Shown in pieces: positions 58,110-64,000 of a DNA stretch of 64,000 nucleotides. The DNA lies in assembly GCA_022508425.1 (NCBI GenBank), contig JAFLVF010000001.1, positions 11,440 to 75,439 of the forward strand, read 5' to 3'. The notes under the pieces were generated by a model, which did not search any database, was not told where the DNA came from, and saw nothing but the letters and a program-made list of their open reading frames with translations. Both the position numbers and the translations under genes were made by a program. The DNA comes from Clostridiales bacterium (GTDB lineage Bacteria > Bacillota > Clostridia > Christensenellales > Pumilibacteraceae). Numbering within the stretch: the first letter of the stretch is position 1; each line of letters starts with the position of its first letter.

Positions 58110-58148
58110 AAAGGAGCGATAACAGAACAGAAGTTATCGCTCCTTTTT
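58110..58148. terminator. Bidirectional terminator
   Basis: aaaggagcgataac/gttatcgctccttt hairpin. Confidence 0.8.
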
Positions 58149-58167
58149 GTATTGTTTTCGTTAATAA

Positions 58168-59559
58168 TTATTTCTTCTTCAGCTCGTAGCCGGTCTTGCT
58201 GTCAAGTACGGTATAGCCGAGCGCGTCCAATTGTGCGCGGAGGCTGTCCGACGTCGCCCAATCCTTGTTGAGTCGTGCTTGATAGCGCGTCTCGGCAATT
58301 GCTTTGATCGAGTCGGGGATAATCTCTTCGACTTTTTCAATCGGCATGTGCAAGTCGAGCCCGAATATAGCGTCAAGTGATTTTGCCGCGTCGTAAATTT
58401 CGTGGCATGGCGGGAGCTTGGCGAGCGTCCACAGCATGCCGAGCGCAAGCGGGTAGTTGAGGTCATCACGCACCGCATCGGAAATTTTTGACACGATATC
58501 GTCCACTGCTGATTTGGCTTGGGGCGATGACGGCGCTTCGGCGCACGAAGAGATTGCGGCGCGAAGTCTGTTGTATGCCGTTTGCGACGCGTCAAGTCCT
58601 TCGAAAGTGAAGTTGAGCTTGTTGCGGTAATGGGTGTTCATGCAGAAATAGCGAAAGGCGAGCGGGGAATAGCCCTTGCCTATAAGGTCGTCTATGGTGT
58701 AAACGTTGCCGAGCGACTTGCTCATTTTGCCGCCGTCGACGAGCATGAACTCGCCGTGCATCCACATATTGACCACCTGATGACCTTCGAGCGCTTCCGA
58801 TTGCGCAATCTCGTTCTCGTGGTGAATGGGGATATGATCTACGCCGCCCGTATGAATGTCGAATCTGTCGCCCAAGTATTTTTTGCCCATTGCCGAGCAC
58901 TCTATGTGCCAGCCGGGAAAGCCCATGCCCCAAGGCGACGGCCATTGCATAATGTGGTTTTTCTCCGCTTTCTTCCACAGTGCAAAGTCGGCGGGGTGGC
59001 GTTTTTGCTCATTGACGGCAACGCGCGCTCCAGCCAAAGCGTCTTCAAGGTTGCAACGCGACAGCTTGCCGTAGCCGTCGAACTTGGAAATATCGAAGTA
59101 GATTCCGTCGTCAGTTTCGTAGCCGTAGCCCTTGTCGCACAGCGTTTTGACGAAATCGATCATTTCGGGAATGTTGTCCGTCGCTTTCGCTATGATTTCG
59201 GGTAAGCGGATGTGCAAACGTTCCAAATCCTTGAAAAACGCCGCCGAGTACATTTCGGCAATCTCTTCGGGGCTTTTATTCTGCTTTTTCGCGGCGGTCT
59301 GCATTTTGTCGTCGCCGTCGTCGCCGTCCGAGGTGAGGTGACCGACATCGGTAATGTTCATGACCGATTTGGTGTTGTAGCCAAAAAACTTGAGCGTGCG
59401 CCTAAGCTCATCCATAAACACGTACGTGCGTAAGTTGCCGATATGCGCATAGTTGTATACGGTCGGGCCGCACGAGTACGTAGCGACGTTGTTGCCGTCG
59501 ATGGGCGAGAGTAATTCCTTCTTGCGGGTGAGAGTGTTGTATAGCCTGATATCTTCCAT
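58168..59559 (-). CDS. cysS: Cysteine--tRNA ligase
   Basis: [34 protein letters not shown]. Confidence 0.98.
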   Translation of the reverse strand: MEDIRLYNTLTRKKELLSPIDGNNVATYSCGPTVYNYAHIGNLRTYVFMDELRRTLKFFGYNTKSVMNITDVGHLTSDGDDGDDKMQTAAKKQNKSPEEIAEMYSAAFFKDLERLHIRLPEIIAKATDNIPEMIDFVKTLCDKGYGYETDDGIYFDISKFDGYGKLSRCNLEDALAGARVAVNEQKRHPADFALWKKAEKNHIMQWPSPWGMGFPGWHIECSAMGKKYLGDRFDIHTGGVDHIPIHHENEIAQSEALEGHQVVNMWMHGEFMLVDGGKMSKSLGNVYTIDDLIGKGYSPLAFRYFCMNTHYRNKLNFTFEGLDASQTAYNRLRAAISSCAEAPSSPQAKSAVDDIVSKISDAVRDDLNYPLALGMLWTLAKLPPCHEIYDAAKSLDAIFGLDLHMPIEKVEEIIPDSIKAIAETRYQARLNKDWATSDSLRAQLDALGYTVLDSKTGYELKKK

Positions 59560-59564
59560 TGTTG

Positions 59565-60224
59565 TTACTCCGATATGTGTTTGGCTTGAAGCTCGTTCAG
59601 CTTTGTTTCAAGCTCGTCAATACGCTCTTTGAGCAGTGTAACTTCGTCTTCTATGGGGTTGGGCAGGTCTTGCGACAGGTCGTCAATCCGCCTTCCCGCT
59701 ATGCGAACAATATGTCCGGGCACGCCTACCACCGTCGCGTTGGGCGGCACTTCGGACAAAACCACCGAGCCTGCGCCTATCTTTGAGCCCGCACCGACGG
59801 TGAACGGACCCAAAACCTTGGCGCCCGAGCATATCATCACTCCGTCTTCTATCGTAGGGTGGCGCTTTCCTTTGTCCTTGCCTGTACCGCCGAGCGTAAC
59901 GCCCTGGTAAATAATCACATTGTCGCCAACGACAGCCGTTTCGCCGATAACGACGCCCGAGCCGTGGTCTATAAACACGCCCGAGCCGATAACGGCACCG
60001 GGATGAATTTCTATGCCCGTGAAAAACCGCGTCAAGCCCGACAATATGCGCGCCAAGAGAAAGTACCTGTGCACGTAGAGAAAGTGAAAGAACCGATACA
60101 TGACGAGCGCGTGAAATCCGCTGTAGCACAATGCCGCTTCGAGCTTGTTGCGTACGGCGGGGTCGTTTCTTATAACTGCGTCGAGATCCTTTCGTATTGC
60201 ATTAAAGGCATAGAGAGTTTTCAT
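59565..60224 (-). CDS. cysE: Serine O-acetyltransferase
   Basis: [23 protein letters not shown]...KRHPT, VGVPG. Confidence 0.96.
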   Translation of the reverse strand: MKTLYAFNAIRKDLDAVIRNDPAVRNKLEAALCYSGFHALVMYRFFHFLYVHRYFLLARILSGLTRFFTGIEIHPGAVIGSGVFIDHGSGVVIGETAVVGDNVIIYQGVTLGGTGKDKGKRHPTIEDGVMICSGAKVLGPFTVGAGSKIGAGSVVLSEVPPNATVVGVPGHIVRIAGRRIDDLSQDLPNPIEDEVTLLKERIDELETKLNELQAKHISE

Positions 60225-60258
60225 GGAAATACAATCGTGCGGGGTGGTAGTTAAACAA

Positions 60259-60297
60259 AACGCCGCTTTTGTATCTATCCTACAAATGCGGCGTAAT
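60259..60297 (-). terminator. Terminator between marR and cysE
   Basis: acgccgc.tttgta/tacaaa.gcggcgt stem followed by TTTTGTTT on the minus strand. Confidence 0.6.
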
Positions 60298-60314
60298 GAG
60301 AAAAAGCAAAAGTA

Positions 60315-60722
60315 TTATTCGTCGCTGCCGTTGATGAAGTCGAGCGCAGCTTCCAATTTCTTTTCGCCCTTTTGCATTTCTTTGTCGCTCAGCTCGAGCT
60401 GCTCGGCGACGGACTTGTCGAGCTCCGCCATCATGCGTTCGAGCTCTTGAGCGCCTTTCTCTGTAATCTTGTAATGTACGGAGCGCAGGTCTCGGTCGAC
60501 GCGCAGTTTTTCGATCATTCCCTCGGCAATCATGTTGCGGGCTAGGATAGTGAGGTTAGGTTTTGCAATGCACAGTTCGCCGACGAGGTCGCGCGGCGAC
60601 ATTACGTCATTGCGCACAAGGTAGAGCAGGCGCATTTTTTGAGAAATGACCGTTCCGTTATCGCAGTTCTTACAGAGCTTTCGTGTAGCCAAATTCAGCG
60701 CAAGTATTTGTTCTGCCAACAT
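60315..60722 (-). CDS. MarR-family regulator
   Basis: wHTH pattern ...KPNLTILARNMIAEGMIEK...DLRSVHYKITEKG; AAGGAG RBS. Confidence 0.85.
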   Translation of the reverse strand: MLAEQILALNLATRKLCKNCDNGTVISQKMRLLYLVRNDVMSPRDLVGELCIAKPNLTILARNMIAEGMIEKLRVDRDLRSVHYKITEKGAQELERMMAELDKSVAEQLELSDKEMQKGEKKLEAALDFINGSDE

Positions 60723-60980
60723 GGTTAAAAACTCCTTATACTGTTTTCTAAATTATACCACAATCCAGATTTAATATCTTATGTTTCGTCAAAATAATAA
60801 TCCGCCGGTCTGCCCGTAGTTATAATTCGATAGATTATACCATATTGTATGTCTTAATGTCAATTATATTGACATCGATTTGGCATCAATTTTGGCAATA
60901 ACGACAAAAAATGCCCCTTTATTTCCTCCAAAACGCGGCAGAGTCGGGAAAACACTGCTGTCGCTCGACAATGTCAAGTG

Positions 60981-61007
60981 TTAGCAAAGTGATAATGTGA
61001 CTGCTAA
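60981..61007. promoter_or_regulatory. CIRCE-like inverted repeat
   Basis: TTAGCAAAG-N9-GACTGCTAA versus consensus TTAGCACTC-N9-GAGTGCTAA. Confidence 0.45.
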
Positions 61008-61271
61008 AAATAACTTATATTTATGACTAAAATAAAAATCGGTATTTTATGATAATTGACCCCTATAACACGAATTTTTGCGATCTACTTTACGTATAAA
61101 CCTTAAATTCAGACATTCCAAACCACAAACGTTGCATATTCGGCGAGTTGACAACTTGATTTATTATATAGAAATTTCTAAAATAAATGCCGATTTGTTA
61201 CATTTTATATTGACAATTGCCTTCGGAAAATGGTATCATATACCATACTATTAGGTATATGAGGTGGTACT

Positions 61272-64000
61272 ATGCCTATTTCAGACGAGATTATAGAGCT
61301 CGAGCCTGTACGAAAAAGCAAATCGAAACTCTTAATAATGTTCATTATTATGGGTGTTTTGCTCGCGCTCGCCATTACCTTCTTGGTTTTGTATTTGCTC
61401 AAACCTAACGTTGAGGAGTACAACGGACGTGTAAACGGCGTTGTGGGTGAGACTTCCGCGCTGTTCGTCGACTCGGAGAGCGACGGGAACAGCAAATATG
61501 CGTCGGTCGGAAACGACTATACCGTGTTTGCGGACGTTTCGGTCGAGGGCGAAGCGGATCCCGGCGTCAATTGGTCGTGGGAGCCGTTCGGTGCGATTAC
61601 GGAGATCACGCACGGCAGTGTTGCGGCGGAAGAAGCCGCGGTAGACACTTCGAGCGACGGCGAGAGGGCGACGAGATATTTCTTAACGTTCAGGCCGTCT
61701 GCCGACTTTGCGGACGGAGTTACGCCCATCACCATCACGGCGCGTTCCATGTCCGACGTCAATCAGCGTGCCGACATAGTATTTTACATAGTCAACCAAG
61801 CTACCGAATCGATAGAAATTCAGCGCATCAGCCATGACGGCGGTGCGTACAGTGCCATCGCTTACAACGATGACGGCGAAATCAGTTTGCCGTATTATTC
61901 GTACGACGACAACAACAAGACGTATGCCATTTCCTTCCGTCAGCTGGGCAAGTTCAATCCGGAGACGGGGATTTATTCCAATCTTACGCGTAGCGAGAAC
62001 GGTACGGATGGTCAGCCGACGTACAAAATCGATATTTCGTGCGACAAGACCGATACGGTCGTTTCGGGATTGCGCGTAATCGACAGCGCCGACGGCCACA
62101 GCGATTCGATCAGGTTCAAGCTGTGCGGATCCGGTCTTGCTACGATCACGCTAACCGCTAACAAATATAACAACTTCGGCAGTCCGGTTACCGTCACGCT
62201 CAAGATCAGAGCGGAGAGCACGGAAACGCTCGGATACATAGACGCCATACGTATATACGATAGGCCTGTGGACGATACGGACGGCAAGTTCTATAAAGAG
62301 AATGTCAACAAGCAATACACTACGGGCAACTACGGCTCCATTCAGGCGTCGTCCACCTTGCTCACATTGCCTTATAACACTCAGGGCTACAACCGCTTCT
62401 TGCAGCACGTCGTACTCCTTCCGCTGTCGATTCAGTACAATGCGGACGGAACGCGCAAGGCCGGGTGGGAGAGTCATATAAACGTGACGTCGTCGCTGGG
62501 CGACCTTCTTTCTGTCACGCAGGACGCGCTCAAAAATGTTCTTATTCAGACCAAGATGTACGGTAGCAAAAATATTTGTACGCTCACCGTCACCAGCACA
62601 GACAAGCTTGGCGTCACTGTATCTTCCGCGATAAACGTAAAAGTAGTCGCGCAGAATACCACAGGCACCATTTCGGTCAAGAAGGAAAACAGCAACACCG
62701 CAGAGAACATCAACGAGAAAATTTCGACGACGCAGGGCTCCTCGCTCAATATTTCATTGGTATATAATCTGACGGCGCCCAAGGACGTCGACAAAGACAC
62801 CTTTGTATCGGCGGGGTATTTGTCCAACAACTACACCGTATCGATGGTGCGCGTAGACGGCGAAACCGAGACTGCGGTCACCGATTTCGTGCTGACGGCA
62901 GGAAACAAGGCTGTCGCGTGGGACAAACAGCAGACGCTCGACTCGTCGATGGTGATAGCCAAAGGCGGGACGGAGACGGCGTATACGGGCACGATTAACT
63001 TCAAGCTGGCTATTCCCAACGATCAAGAGAAGGTGCCTGACGGCGAGTACAAATTCACGTTTGCCAAGGTCGGGTCGCCGACTCTTGTCAACGCTCAAGA
63101 GAACTATATGGATTCGTCGTGGTCGTATACTATCACGCTGAAAGTGTCGGCGCGCGCGCGCAAGGCCGCATGGGATACCGATGAAGCTAAAAAGATGGTT
63201 GAGCTGTTCGCCAACGGCAACTTTGCCGTCGAAGAAGCCGACGATCACAAAGCGCGGCTGTATATTCAAGCCGACTCGGGCGAATTCCCCAACGGCTTCG
63301 ACTTCAAGAAGTTCGTAAAGGTCACCGACGGCGAACATAAGATTACGGTAGCCTGTTCATCGACTACAAAGAATCTCAACATCGTCGGCTCAACGGGCAA
63401 CCAAACCTTCTCGTATACAGGTACCAGGAATTACGACGAGAACACGGTGCAGGGTACAGCGGAGATAACGGCCAAGAACAACGCCGAAGAAACGATCGGA
63501 GTATTTACGGTTAATGTTTATCTTATCGACGCTATAGAGTCCATTGCCACCGAATCGACCGGCATTGTCGAGTACAAGTATTCCGCAGAAGACGTCAAGG
63601 ACGGCGATATTAACTTCTCGACCGACACCATCAAGAATACTTACACCTACAATAAAACCCTATCGCGTACCAACGACACGGCTCGCGACAATATCGAGTT
63701 GTACAGCCGCATAGGAGCGGACTTGGGCAAGGACGTTGCGTACGCCAAGGTTCCCAACCACGAGAGCAACAGCATCGAGTTCAAATATCCGGACGTGGGC
63801 GGCGTAACTGTATTCGAATACAAGCTGTCAAATCACGTGTTGTACTTGCGCCAAGACCTGTTTGAGCTCAGCTACAACAACAACATCAATGCAACCGAAC
63901 TGATTGTCCAATACAATACCAAACCCGACAGTCGTTACGAAACAGAAGCGAATATCAAGTCGTGCACGAGGACGTATAGGTTTATACGCTATGCCGACGA
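61272..64000 (+). CDS. Large N-terminally anchored surface protein (>900 aa, 3' truncated by window)
   Basis: GAGGTG RBS; MPISDEIIELEPVRKSKSK followed by one TM helix and a Thr/Val/Tyr/Asn-rich beta-type sequence. Spot-checked segments are in frame to the window end; absent from the ORF track presumably because it has no stop. Confidence 0.8.
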   Translation, partial: MPISDEIIELEPVRKSKSKLLIMFIIMGVLLALAITFLVLYLLKPNVEEYNGRVNGVVGETSALFVDSESDGNSKYASVGNDYTVFADVSVEGEADPGVNWSWEPFGAITEITHGSVAAEEAAVDTSSDGERATRYFLTFRPSADFADGVTPITITARSMSDVNQRADIVFYIVNQATESIEIQRISHDGGAYSAIAYNDDGEISLPYYSYDDNNKTYAISFRQLGKFNPETGIYSNLTRSENGTDGQPTYKIDISCDKTDTVVSGLRVIDSADGHSDSIRFKLCGSGLATITLTANKYNNFGSPVTVTLKIRAESTETLGYIDAIRIYDRPVDDTDGKFYKENVNKQYTTGNYGSIQASSTLLTLPYNTQGYNRFLQHVVLLPLSIQYNADGTRKAGWESHINVTSSLGDLLSVTQDALKNVLIQTKMYGSKNICTLTVTSTDKLGVTVSSAINVKVVAQNTTGTISVKKENSNTAENINEKISTTQGSSLNISLVYNLTAPKDVDKDTFVSAGYLSNNYTVSMVRVDGETETAVTDFVLTAGNKAVAWDKQQTLDSSMVIAKGGTETAYTGTINFKLAIPNDQEKVPDGEYKFTFAKVGSPTLVNAQENYMDSSWSYTITLKVSARARKAAWDTDEAKKMVELFANGNFAVEEADDHKARLYIQADSGEFPNGFDFKKFVKVTDGEHKITVACSSTTKNLNIVGSTGNQTFSYTGTRNYDENTVQGTAEITAKNNAEETIGVFTVNVYLIDAIESIATESTGIVEYKYSAEDVKDGDINFSTDTIKNTYTYNKTLSRTNDTARDNIELYSRIGADLGKDVAYAKVPNHESNSIEFKYPDVGGVTVFEYKLSNHVLYLRQDLFELSYNNNINATELIVQYNTKPDSRYETEANIKSCTRTYRFIRYAD

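Overview
A mostly housekeeping 64-kb chromosomal segment from a spore-forming Clostridia-like Bacillota genome (inferred from the rpsT/gpr divergon and the cwlD-, ykvI- and ytlACD-like genes). From left to right it carries pncB (partial), rpsT with a long Lys/Ala/Glu tail, gpr, a cell-envelope cluster (murI, glmS, glmM, CapD-like, uppP, ddl, M1 peptidase, amidase), a shikimate operon (aroC-B-A-E-Q plus an aroK::HAD fusion), pmm/pgm, tkt, yfbR, degV, argF and tRNA-Leu(CAA). It continues with a WYL regulator, an M28-like membrane protein, a GH95-like protein, dapB-dapA-asd, an AT-rich islet (XRE regulator plus BspA-like LRR lipoprotein), an NMT1-type ABC operon, valS, bioY, an extended MsmK, cysS-cysE-marR and a large surface protein cut by the window end. 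No CRISPR array, integrase, transposase or reverse transcriptase is visible. The best leads are: two adjacent apparent pseudo-enzymes divergent from the WYL regulator, a ~170-bp tRNA-3'-end-duplicating mini-element, a symmetric 3+3 DnaA-box-like cluster, an attenuator-like aro leader without a T-box, the kinase-phosphatase fusion, an MsmK with a triplicated regulatory domain, and a CIRCE-like operator with no chaperone gene nearby. All calls come from reading motifs by eye; no database search or folding was run.
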